64,000 nt of DNA from Camelus ferus (taxonomy: Eukaryota). Where the stretch lies: contig NC_045696.1 of the NCBI RefSeq assembly GCF_009834535.1, forward strand, positions 113,028,001-113,092,000, given 5' to 3'. The notes beneath the pieces were generated by a model. The model saw only the letters and a list, made by a program, of their open reading frames with translations, searched no databases and was not told the origin of the DNA. Of this stretch, positions 51,923 to 64,000 are shown piece by piece (the first letter of the stretch is position 1; every line of letters starts with the position of its first letter). The translations under genes were made by a program, and so were the position numbers.

Positions 51923-53384
51923 TATAGTCCAGAAAAAAGAGGTATTTTAATGAGCTGTAAAGTTCTTCAAAGCTGTAAATTACTCTATTAATTGTCTAGA
52001 TGGGACACAGAGACAAAAGAAAAGTCTAGGATGATCTGTTCTGAGCACCAAAATGGTACAGTATGTGTTCATACGGCCAGGCATCTAGAGCTGGTATGTG
52101 AAGTGAGACAGACTCACGAGGAGTGGGAATCCTGCAGTGGAGAGGAGTAGGGAAGGTACAAATGAGGAAATGCGGGTGAGTATGCCCAGGATGTGTGGGG
52201 ACCACTGAGAACCACAACTTCATTGAAAGAGCAGGAAACTGGAAACGAATAGGAGGAGGCAAACGTAGAGAGTTAGGGAGGGGTCAGATGATAAAGGCCT
52301 GATGGAGGAACCAGGAAGTTCATCTAATGTCGTATGAAGTCTGGATTTGATTTTAAAAAACTTAGCAGGAAGCTTGCCCTTTCTGTTGAGGGATGAGTAC
52401 ACGGCCGTGTATGCAGGAAACAGTGAAGACGACGAGAAGGTGGATGAGGGCATTTCACAGAAAATGAACGTGCATCTGGTGTGCCCTGGGCAGTCAGGTG
52501 TAAACTGGTCGTACCAGAGTGATTGCCAGGAGTGTCCCCTTTTCCTCCTACTGCTGCTTATAGTGAAATGATGGTGCTACTTGTAAGGACCTTGACCAGG
52601 GTTAAAGATATGGGCAGGTAAATGAAGGAGCCAATGGCAGGATATAAAAAAGAAAGAATTCGCAGAATTTGATGTATTCGTGTAGGAGGGAGGAATAGAG
52701 GAGAGAGTAAAAGTGGGTCCAAATTTTCTGCCAGAGAAACTGGGATAATGGTGGTGACAGTGATTTTTAAAAAGAGAGATGGGGGAAACTAGAAAAAAAT
52801 GTGGATAAGGAGAATGAAATTAGTTTGTTGTGAACTGTTGAGGAGTCGGTGAGGATCCAGACTGATTTAATCACTCAGCGCTTGTGTGATGCGGTGTGGG
52901 AATCAGACTTCACGTCTATAAAACATCATGCACCGTGCTCAGCCTTGTGGGGCACGGTAGACATGTCGCGTGTACTTGCCGAGTCAGCTTTGTGAATTAT
53001 GGAGACGTGTCCCAGAATCCTCCTGCTGTATAGAAATTGCTTCATGGTAACTTTCCACTCCTAGACAAAACGAATAAGCAAGCACGCAAATACATTCTAC
53101 TATAGCGCCAAAACCTTTCCACATCAAGGAGCCTGAGTAGGGTGTTTCTCTTGGCTTGGTCTCTTTTCAGGTCAGAAAACATTCTCAAGATGTTTGTCCC
53201 CTTGGATCTCCATACCTGACAAATAGCAGCTGACTTTTCTTATCTCTCAGTTAGTGGCTTTTGACCTAATTGGTAACCTTTCCTTGATAAGTTGTAAGAA
53301 AAATAAATGACAAAATACAATCTATTAGTTACAACGTATAGGGTACAATTGTGAAAATTTGCACATGTACGAATGTAGAAATGA

Positions 53385-53535
53385 ACACATAAATGTATAT
53401 GCGTAAATACATATATATGTGGATGCATATATGTACACGTGTGTGTGTGTTTATGCATATATATGTGAGTGCACATAGAGACATGCACATATACATATAT
53501 ATGTGCGCGCACACACACACACACACACATATGCA
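53385..53535. repeat. Compound (TA/TG/CA)n microsatellite
   Basis: Alternating purine-pyrimidine tract visible directly. Confidence 0.85.
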
Positions 53536-56500
53536 TCCAAGGCAGTGCAGTGCTTAAAACCACAAGCTTCAGGACTAGATGGGGCTGTGTGACCCTATCT
53601 ATAAAGTAGAATTTATATCTGCCTCATCGAGTTGTTATAAGGGTTCAGTGAGATGATGATTATAAAATGCTTTCAAATGATTCTGGCATTAAAAACCGAA
53701 CAAACCAAAAAGGCTGAAAAAATATATACCCAATTTTTAAAAAATGGTTATATTTGAGTTGTGGAATTTTGACAAATTTGGGTTTGTTCTTTGTGCTTAC
53801 CTCTTACCTAGAAAAAAGATCTTTTCTGTTATCCTTTATAAAAAGCCAAATGAAGGTGAAACTGATTTAACCAAATTTTCATTTTTAAAATGTTTTCTAG
53901 AATAGCATTTACCAAGAGGGAAAAAAATTAAGATATATTAATTCATGAGTTTTGGGGTTCAAAATTCTCAGTTTGCTTATTTCCTACCTGTGGCACCTCC
54001 CGCGTGTCTCCCTGAAGCCCTTCTCAACTGTTCCCCTTTGAACGAGGAAAGGCTCGGGGACCATTGTCACTCAGTCTTGAAGAACTGACAGTCCACCGGG
54101 TCAGAAAATAGATACCCAGTATTTTTATAGGTGCTTGGCTTTGTCTTCATTCATATTTTCGTCTTCTCACTTCTTAAGAACTAGCCTTTCCTTGATCATA
54201 AGGCTAAAAGGTGAGCGGTGTTGTGTCTTTTCAAATACAATGAGACTCTACCAATAGACATATGTTTTCATTAAAATAAATCAGAAGCTACCTTTGGGTC
54301 TAGAGCAAGTGCCTGTTCACTGTGGGACTTTCAGGCGACTCTAACAAATGCACAGATGGCCAAAAAGATATAATTTTACTACATTTATCCACATATTTGC
54401 ACAATCTTTACTCCTTTTTATTCATAACATCAGTGCTGAATCACCGAGTGTAATTTTACGTATTAGAAAGTGGAGGAGGCGTTAGGGGATTTGTTCAAAA
54501 TCTTCGAAGGACACAGGACTGAGGGAAGACAGTCACCCCCTTGCGCGATTCAGTCTGCGCTTCCATCGCACTGAGCTCCTCTTGAGCCTATGCTGTGCGA
54601 TGAAAGAACTGGTTTAGTTCAACCTTGCAAACACAAGCAGAAAACTTGGTCTGAGAGTCAGCAAACTGGGGAGACTATATGAGCTTCTTCTTCAAGCTTG
54701 GTCACTGGATTCCTGTATCTCTCACCTCATACCCTTTCTTTGTCGGCTTGAACAAGACACTTTTATAAATCAGCACGAACCTGTTATCTAGCTGACTTTA
54801 GAAAGCCCCTTATTTCATAGACTCATGAAATTTTGTAGCAAGAAAGAGCCCTAGAAGGTCTCCCTTCTCAGTTTACAGAGTTGAGGGGGACGAGGGGAGG
54901 TAAGAGATTAGCCTAAGATAATGCAGCTCTTTAACAAGGAGGCAGGACTATCCATTTCCAGCTATCAAATGTTGATTCTCTCGCCAGTAAGTTACATTCT
55001 GAGTCACAGTCTGCACAGCCTAGCACACCTGCTGTCCTGAGCATATGAGGCTCAGGGTAGAGCCCACATTGCTTAATAATGTTCTTGCTTAATAATCTAG
55101 CACTTCTGAATCCCACCGACCAAATTTGCAAAGTCCTTTTGACACAACTAAATCCTAGGGCACGAATGACCTCATCATGGCTGCATCTCTACTTCATCTC
55201 TTGAACAACCTCCCTTGGTACAGCAGGTGTGATGTCATCAACACCCCTACTTGCACATCACACTAGTTTGGCCACATTTTAGGGGATAAGTACCAGAGAG
55301 GACCCTCACTGGTCCAATTTGGGTCATGAGTACATCCCTGTGTCCAAAATGTAGGACATTCCATCTCTCCTGGTCACTTGGCCACCGGTGAGAATGGAGG
55401 GCCCAGGCTAAACCAGATGGAATATGTTCCTTATTGGGGAAAAATCCTCTTGCTATACATTTGTGTTCCTAGAAGCAGGAGAACGACATGTGAAGCAGGA
55501 GGAAGCAACAGCTGTCTACTCCCGATGTCAACCAGAACTCCAGTGTACTGAGTTTTTACTTGATGGTGGACGTCGTGGCCGTGAGAATGTGAAAACGTTG
55601 CCTGTTGTCTTCCTTTAAAGATGGATGAATTTTTACCTGGCGGGCATTTCATCTTCTGGCAGATGAGTGGGAGCTGGTCGAGGCTTGGCTTTAGGCTTTG
55701 CTGAGGCAAATCTAGAGTGGTCCTTACTCTGGGACTAGTCTTTCTAAGGTATTGCCATTTTGAGGTCTCAGCTGAATCTTGGGAGAGTTCAGCAAGATTT
55801 ATTTTCTCTGACTGGTTGGTACCCATTTCCTGGCAGTGTGCAACCTTCAAAAACTCTTCTCACAGAATATCTGTTTGGGCTTGGCCTCAGGTACCCTCTG
55901 CTTAATATTTGGCTAAAGGCTCCAGGGAACATCTGTGCCTATTTCTGGAGTTCTTTTGCCTTGCAGCTTCTTCAGTTCCCTGCCCCACAAGGTCCCGCTG
56001 TATCTGCCACCCAGATCTGTTTCCTCTACTCAGCTGGTCTCTGCTTAGACTCCACTTCCCTGAGCTGCAGTGTGACAAGTGCCCCGAGGCAGAAAGCCAA
56101 GCGAGTTCAACTCCAGGCTCCGTCCTCCCAAGGAGCGGTCATGCACTGTCTGTTGTCCAGTGTCTGAAACTGGCTACAATACTTGGTCCAAGTTTATCAT
56201 GATGTACATCCTTCATCCGTATGAGCCAGGTGCGTTACTGCAGCTGAAGCACAAATAGATCTGATCAGTCACCAAGCTTGGCTCTGTATGCAAGGCTGCT
56301 TTATATTCACAGAAAGTTTCCTAAAAATACTGAGGACAATGTAGGCCTCTTTAAGTGAGTTATGGGAGCTGGTCACTTAATCTGGGGGTAAATCCTTTGT
56401 GAAAAGCTAGTAATGCTTTCCCAATTTCTCTATATTTCTGTAAATTCTAAAACGTATTTATCTCTTTATTTTCTTTTAAATGGGATATGGTCAGCTGTAG

Positions 56501-57741
56501 AAACAGCTTTGGAATAAGGGGAAGAGAAATGGACTTGAAGTTGGGTTCAAATCCCAGCAGACCTCAGCATCCTTGGGCTTGAGGTTGTCTGTAAAATGGG
56601 GTAAAAGTACCAACTTTTCAGGGTTCTAATGATAATATTGAGAATACTTTCCAGATTTTTGTTATTTTCTATCAGTTGCAGGATAGGAGACTAGCCAAAT
56701 TTAGAACTAGGTGACATTTAAGCATGTTCTTGAAGTAGCTTTTTTTCTTTTTTTCAGTATAGCTAAATGTAATATTAATAGAATGTTTGAACTAGAAGCA
56801 TTTTAATATGACACATCAACCAAATCCAAAATTATTATTTAAAAGGAAGACAACGGATGCCACTTTAAAATATGTCTGTGAACACGTGGCTTTGCCTTAT
56901 AGAAGTTCGCTTTTCTTTTTTCTTTTTTATTGATCCCTCAGTCATAAAATCTGAGCCTTTGCAAAAGGAGAGTAAAGCAGAGGGGGAAATGTGTGCAAAA
57001 GAATTTGTGTATTTGAGTTTTCTATCTCTAGTGTTTAACAGCTTCATAATCCAGGTTTATAACTTGTTGAGAACAATAGACGAACTATTTTAAGCACACT
57101 AGCTTGGCTAAAGATTAACTTTTTACGTGCCTGGCTAGTATGGCAAAATTTAAGCTTTGAGGGTAATAGAGAGGAATGTTTTCCATCACTGCCTGTGTTC
57201 TGGATTTTTAGTAAGACACTAACATCTGCCTTCAAGGTTTTACATTCATTTGCAACCAAAGGGATTCAAACATTGTGTCTCAGTGCACGTGCTCTTAGAA
57301 GAAAGTGAAACAGGCAGGCCTTGACGAACCAAAACTTCATTTTATCCTCACTTCCCTTTTCATGTTTGCATTCATTTCATATTCTCATTAAAATCTAGAG
57401 AAAAATAAGACACTTAGGAGCCTTCATCCTACTATACATAGTATTCTGACCTGGATTCCACAAATGCTTGCCTTCATGGTTATTTTATGTGATTTGAAAA
57501 TCTTATAATTCTTTAAATTATGCCTTTAAAATATGCCCCTTATGCCTTTATTTCTTTTGAAATAATAGTGTCAGCCTGAAAGACATTTTGTTTTAGCAAG
57601 AAGTTATACGGCATTTAATTAATCTTAAAAAGGACATTATAAATTATGCACACATAAGCAAACATATATTAAAACTCTTTGCACATACATGTATACGTAT
57701 ACTTTAATAAAGCATCACAGGAACAATTATATATGTATTCT

Positions 57742-58075
57742 ATTTTTTTTGAAGTATAGTTGATTTACAATGTTGTGTTAATTTCTGGAGTATGGCATAG
57801 TGATTCAGTTATATATATATTCCTTTTCATATTCTTTTTCATTATAGGCTATTGCAAGCTATTGAATGTAGTTCCCTGTGCTACACAGTAGGACCTTGTT
57901 GTTCATCTATTTTATATGTAGGAGTTAGTATCTGCAAATCCCAAACTCCCAGTTTATCCCTCCACCCGCCGCCTTTTGCCCCTGGTAAACATAAGCTTGT
58001 TTTCTATGTCTGTGAGTCTGTTTCTGTTTTGTAAATAAGTTCATTTGTGTCTTTTTTTTTTTTAGACTCCACATG
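57742..58075 (-). mobile_element. L1 3'UTR fragment
   Basis: ttttgaagtatagttgatttacaatgttgtg...ttagactccacat. Confidence 0.9.
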
Positions 58076-59462
58076 TATTTGTATTCTCTTTCTACATACT
58101 TTTCCATTGGAGCTTCAGGATGAATGCTTGTTTTCAAAACCATATCCTTCATTATTAGGTCTACCTTTACTGTACGCTTATGATGATGTCTCGGGAGACA
58201 TTTAGCACGTAGTATTTGTTATGAGTAGACCCTAAGTTAACACGCTGTTGTGCAGATTCAGTCTATACTGCTTGATAGGGCACATGCCCTGTGTCTCTTT
58301 TCTACTTACAATAGTTGAATTACTTTGACTAATGATGAAAACGGGTTTCTTTCTTTCTTTGGTTTTCCATAAGCCATGCATGATAAGGCACCTGTAGGTT
58401 TGTCGGTCTGGCAACCTGGTGCTTTATTGTGCTTCTGAGCCGCCTTGTTGTCTTGCACAAGGGCTTGTCATCGGTCGGTGTGGCCTGTGCTCATGCCACC
58501 CCAGTGAGTGTGTGAAGGGGGGCTACCTTCGTGTGCTTGCTCAGGCTGCCGGGCTGGGACTCCTGGCTGGTCTCCAGGGCGTCAGCTGAGGACGTGGGAT
58601 GCCTGGATGGTTTTGGTGGTCACGTGACAGAAACACCACCAGTGAGGCTGCCATCCACGGATCAGATGGAGGCTAAAGGACCCATGCTGATTCCAGCTTA
58701 CCTACCCCTCGTTCTCTTCAGTGTGTTTGCACATACATTATCTCACCAGACCATGGGAAAGGAGCAGCCAGGAGGCCCCCTTTGGTTTATGAGGCCCAGT
58801 ATCTCACACCAAGGAGCCTTGTTTGAAAATTAACAGTGTGGACTTTGGTCTTTGCTGCAGTTTTCCAGTTTTTTAAATTTAAGTCACAGAAACTTTTCTT
58901 CAAAAAAAAAAAATCTTAATCTGACAACCAGCATATAAAGTAGATGAGTGCTTTAATTCACATTTGGATGGGAGGGTCCAGAGTCTTCCCCCCGTATGTC
59001 TTACCTCCTTCCATGTCCCTGAGAAGACCTCTAGGCCCCTGAGGCTCTATGAAGCTAGTCTGAAAACCACAGCCCACATAGACCTGTGGGATGTCTGTTG
59101 CCCTACGATGTTCCCATTTCTCATATTTTTCTGGACGAGTGTCCCGAACTTCCTGCCACATTTTCAGAAGTCTCTTTCACAGTGATGAGTGAGGCATCCT
59201 GGTGCAGTAGTGAGGTCCTCAGTATACTGTGTGACTTGGAGCATGGTTTCCATGTCGTCTGATTTCCAGGACATTGGTCCCCCTGTCTGTAAAATGGGGA
59301 TGATCAGACAGGCATGGAAGATGCCTGGAGATCTTCAGCTGGAAGATACTGCCTCCAGCAGGCCAGGGTCTGCAGAAGGAATGTCTGTGACTGAGGTTCC
59401 CATAGGGACACATGTGCTCACCGGCCTGAGGCTTCCCCTCCAGTGCCTTGGGCTAGACAGGG

Positions 59463-59601
59463 GTTTTGTTTTTCGGGGGGCGGGGTGGGAGGGTAATTAG
59501 GTTTACTTACTTATTTATTTATTTAAATGGCAGTACTGGGGATTGAACCCAGGACCTCCTGCATGCTAAGCCCGCGCTCTACCACTGAGCTATCGCCTCC
59601 T
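59463..59601 (-). mobile_element. vic-1-type tRNA-derived SINE
   Basis: Reverse complement: gatagctcagtggtagagcgcgggcttagcatgcaggaggtcctgggttcaatccccagtactgcc..aaataaataag..aacctaattaccctccc, with A and B boxes. Confidence 0.85.
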
Positions 59602-62109
59602 GGCCGCCCATAGGGGTTTTCAGTTAACACCATGACAGCACATAAAGGGCGCTGGGTTAGGAGCCGAGGAGTCCATGCTGGAGCTAGTGCTGCCTCGAGA
59701 CAACCAGCCTCCCATGTGACTTCCCAGCTCCACACGCAGTAGCATCGTGTTGGTACCTTGAAGTGGCTGTGGGGGAATTATTTACACTTGCGAATCAGCA
59801 AATGCTATAAACTGGAGCTTTTTTTTTTTTTAAGAGCTGTTTTACCAGCATGCCATAAGTAGAAGGATTCGAATTACAGACCAGGACTCCTCCTAAACAT
59901 TTTATGCCTCAATTTCCTCATCTTTTAGCTGTGGAAGGTGATACTGGCTCTGTCTGTCTCGCAGATTTGCTGTGGAAGTCCAAAGTTTTGTGAAAGAACC
60001 TGGGATGAAGACAGTGCCAGTGAAGTGGCAGGACTGTCATTTCCAGGGTTTATTGGAAAGACAGAGAAGGAGCATGATGAGTGTGAACTGAACCCATATT
60101 CCACCATTAAACAGATTGAGTGTCATCGTAGCAGATCTTAGAAACACAAAATTATGTGTCGTAAGAAAAAGGATTGTAAGTATCAGACGTAGATTGAACT
60201 GTTTTGAAGTGCATTTAAAGCCATTCTTTAAAACGGAACCATAGACTAGTAAAGGACGAATGCCCCCAGCACTTCCCAGGGTTAGAACCACAGGGTACGG
60301 AAGGGGTTCTGTGGGGCACCAGCTTCCAAAGTGCCCTGGTTTCCAGCCCTGAGGAAGCTGCTGCTGGACACAGCACAGGTGAGGGGCTGGGAATGGCTTT
60401 CTCCTTGAGGGAAGTATAAGATGCTACGCAGTCTCTGACTTTGTGGGTAACACCTATCCAGCCAAACTAGGATCAGGATGAAAGGGTGACCGTGGATAAT
60501 CGTTGCGCTGCTGGAAATTTCTGCAGAGGCTTTCAAATTAAACCAAACAGAAAATCTCCAAGTAAAGCCATTTACAGACAAATGATACTTACTAATAAGA
60601 TGATAACATAAAATCTCTACCAAGTATCCTTCAAAGAATGTGATCTCCTTCACCATTTGATGGAAGACCGGATAGGAATCATGTCTTGAGCCTTATCTTC
60701 CATTCAATGGCTGCACCTTTCGTCATAACCTTTCTCTTTGTCATGGACCGAGGCTGCATGATGCCACCCTGGGCCTCTAGGGTTCTTGGGTCAAAATATT
60801 CTCACAAGTGGTGCAGAGACAAACCCGTCCTTTTTCTTTTGTACTTTAATCTTAAGCTAAATTTATCACTTTGAAGTTGTGTTTGTCTTAGAATTGTTAG
60901 CCTCTTTATTGCTCACAGACGTACTATAAAGGTTAGGCAAATAGATGCAAAGTTAGAACTGCCTTGGGGCTCCAGCCCTAGACCTGCTGGTTCCCTGACC
61001 TCGTGCAAGTTGCTTATCCTCCCTCAGCCTCTGTTCTTCATCCATCATACGGGACTAATCATAGTCTTTCTTTCCTGGGGCTCTTTTGAAAATAATACGC
61101 CAACACAACTCAAGTGACGTAGAGCCACTAACCTCTTTAAAGAATGAGTCAAAGGGTACCATGGCCTAAACTTAAGTGGTGACTTCAGTTAGGATCTTAA
61201 CCAGCAGTTCCTTGTAGTAAAACTGGAGCCAGGGGGACCAAAGCTAACATTCAGCCCCCTGCCAGCTTGCGGGGGTTGGGGGGGGGGCCTGGTTGAAAAC
61301 AATAACGAAACCGATGAAAAGTCAGCTGCTTTCATTTTTACTTCATTATCATCATGCTCTGTTCTAAAGAATCTCAGTAATGACATACTTCCCCTTGTTG
61401 ATCTAAGTTGTAAGCAATTGCTGCCGTTACTGTTGAGTTATAGGAATATATATGTCAGCTTCAAACTAGCACATTTTATTCCTTATCTTTTAATAAACAT
61501 AAGTTCATAGGAAAGTTAATTTGGAGAATTCGCGGCTATTCAGTCAGCCCCAGGATTACAGGACTCAGCTGCACATCTTGATTTCCAGAGTTATTTCCTA
61601 GAAGTTTGAATGATGTTCAGGGCTTTAGTAGTGTTTGAATCTCCAGCCCTTGAGGCACTACGTGGTTAGCATTTAAATAGTTTAAAAATAACCAATGATA
61701 GTTCCGTGATGTACAGTCCAGGAAACGGCTCCTGAGCTACTTCAGTTCTATCTTATTATGTGACCACTTGGCATTTTTATTTGTGTTTTAAATTTGAAAC
61801 AGTGAAACAGCGTGTCCGTTGTGAGTTGAGATATTTTTGTTTGGTAAGTGTAATTTTTAGTGGAACGTGAAATATCTTTGTTTCGCATTGTGATTGTTGC
61901 TGGAAAAACGTTGTGGTTTAGAGGAGGAGAATGTTAAAAATGACTCAAGCCTGGAGTAAAATACTGCCCTGTTGTTGAGTTCAGACAAATGGATGGATAT
62001 CTGTCATCCGATGTCTTACAACAGAAGTTGATTTTGCCATTTTCTCCTCATCTTTCCTTTCTGCAGTTGTTCCCCAATGCAGAACTCCCTGTGATGTGAT
62101 GGAAGCAGG

Positions 62110-62280
62110 GTATGCAGTAAAAGGCGCTTTGAAGCCAGTAGAGACCTGAATTCAAGCCTCAGCTCCACCAGTCACCAGCTAGCTGGCTGATGCATTGCTG
62201 AAGCCCTCACATCCTCTTTTGCAAAATGCGAATACAGCCTCCTCCTGGCAGAGTCATGATAATTAAGTCAGATGTTGTTG
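62110..62280 (+). mobile_element. MIR
   Basis: agacctgaattcaagcctcagctccacc...cctcttttgcaaaatg. Confidence 0.65.
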
Positions 62281-62477
62281 CATGGAAAGGGTCCACTAGC
62301 GCCTCACCCGGCAGACACGATGATGTCTCTTCCTTCTCCTTTTTTATTTTTGAATTGAAAAACTGTGGTTTATTTTTTACATTCAACAATTTTTTTTTTT
62401 TACAATTTACTATACACAAGGTATAGTAATAGGTGTTTATAGAGGTCGTTCCTATAGTTTGAAATTACACAGATTAT

Positions 62478-62720
62478 GGCTTTTTTTAAAACATTTTTTT
62501 ATTGAGTCATTTTACAATGTTGTGTCAAATTCCAGTGTACAGCATGATTTTTCAGTTATACATGAACATACATATATTCATTGTCACATTCTTTTTCGCT
62601 GTGAGCTACCACAAGATCTTGTGTATATTTTCCTGTGCTATACAGTATAATCTTGTTTATCTACTCTGCATATGCCTGTCAGTATCTACAAATTTCGAAC
62701 TCCCTCTCCTTCTTTCCCCT
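62478..62720 (-). mobile_element. L1 3'UTR fragment (same subfamily as 14805-15270)
   Basis: ttttacaatgttgtgtcaaattccagtgt...gtgagctaccacaagatc. Confidence 0.85.
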
Positions 62721-64000
62721 CTGCTCCCTGCACCAGCATTCATGTGTGTCAGCCAGTGCGCTTGTCTTTATAGGGTTACGATGCGTGGAAAGTGATAGTG
62801 ACATGATATTGACAACACACCATATATTCCACAACCAATACAGGACTGCTATTCATAGTCTGATCTGTCCCTCTGAACCTCTCCTGACTCCACCTAAAAA
62901 TGCAACAGTTAAATGAGGGGGTTTCTGAGCTACAGTCCAGGTCTAAAATGCTGTCCCACCAAATGAAGGAAGTCACTCCTGCACATACAAAATGAGAAGA
63001 GGAAATGCTCGAACACTGTAAGTTCAGGTGTACATGAATTGTCTGTTTTCTTGGCCATTGCCAGGGAAACAGTGCAGCTAAGGTGGCCGCCAGCAGTGTG
63101 TCAAATCACAGCTTTCACTGCCTTCTGTGGTAAAGGACATCCATAGATGAAGAAAGGAAACAAGACACGACTTGGTCTAAACAGTTTATTTCATTTTTGT
63201 GGATAGTTCAGTTGATGATGGTAGTGGCACCATAGAGCATTTTCGACTTTTCCTCAACCTTTCTGTCCCCTCCTTCTAGGAAGCTATAGCATCGTATCTA
63301 ATCTTCTTTGGTTTATACCTAATGTTAATTTTTCTGCTTGTCTTATTCATGATATGCTGTGTCTAAAGGATAAAAGCTATTCTACCTTTGACTTAGCTTA
63401 CAGGAATTGTACACATTAAATTAGATAATATATAGAAATGATTTTATAAATTATAAAGCAGCTGCCTATGTTAAACATTATTATTGTCTCAGAGCAGGGA
63501 TCCACAGAGCAAATCTAGCTCTCCACCTGTTTCTGTGCTGAGGCTACTCTAGTCCCTGTAAGGATTTTGGCGTAAGGTAGGTCTCGTGTTTAACTCCCCG
63601 ACCTGTACTGAGCCCCAGGCTTTTGCTTCTGATCCCAATGCTAGCTCAACATTTCGCCCCACGGCAAGTGCAGTTCATTCATTTGCTCCCCACTCACTCT
63701 CCTTGTTTTAGTTCATCATACCCCTTCGAGGTTTTCTGCAAGCCCTGCAGAATTTCAAACATTTTGCTCATTGTAGTCAGGTTGTATTGCTGTGGGAAGT
63801 CCTTCAGAATATCTGGCAACAGTGGAAATCTTCAAAGCATGTTCCTCGCCCTAGAGTTCCTACTGCAGATGAGAAACCAGGAATTCAAGCAACGTGTCCA
63901 CTGTCTCTCAGCTCTAAATGGCATTGCAGGACTTGAACCCGGCCCGAAGGCTGGCCTCCTGTACCACACAGTGACCTACAAGAGCAAGCCTGATGGGTGG

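Noticed and set aside
55424..56202. Cluster of overlapping 60-140 aa ORFs
   Set aside because: No domain motifs or consistent splice structure; probably partly degenerate repeat sequence.
59530..59601. tRNA-like sequence
   Set aside because: It continues into a SINE body and tail with a repeated flank, so it is a SINE rather than a tRNA gene.
59928..60141. + strand ORF after a pyrimidine-tract acceptor
   Set aside because: No recognisable protein similarity and no supporting partner exons.

Overview
Mammalian genomic DNA, very probably camelid (vic-1-type tRNA-derived SINEs; cetartiodactyl-style L1 3' ends). I found no intact protein-coding exon, and the listed ORFs are L1 remnants, pseudogene remnants or noise. 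The window is repeat-rich (L1, L2, MIR, MER5/20/58/91, Charlie1, Tigger1, LTR40, LTR16, MLT1) and may lie in a long intron of a + strand gene. Main finding: hand translation of the non-repeat DNA between ~4.1 kb and ~38.7 kb shows a heavily decayed multi-exon gene on the - strand. It appears to encode a long cadherin-related membrane protein: roughly 20 cadherin (EC) repeats, a membrane-adjacent domain, a TM remnant and a cytoplasmic tail. It has many stops and frameshifts, and three exons are split by transposon insertions. One block (~12.5-13.6 kb) is inverted onto the + strand, and the repeat register is restored when it is flipped back. I could not name the orthologue. All motif and repeat-family calls are by eye, not from database searches, and large-exon boundaries are approximate.
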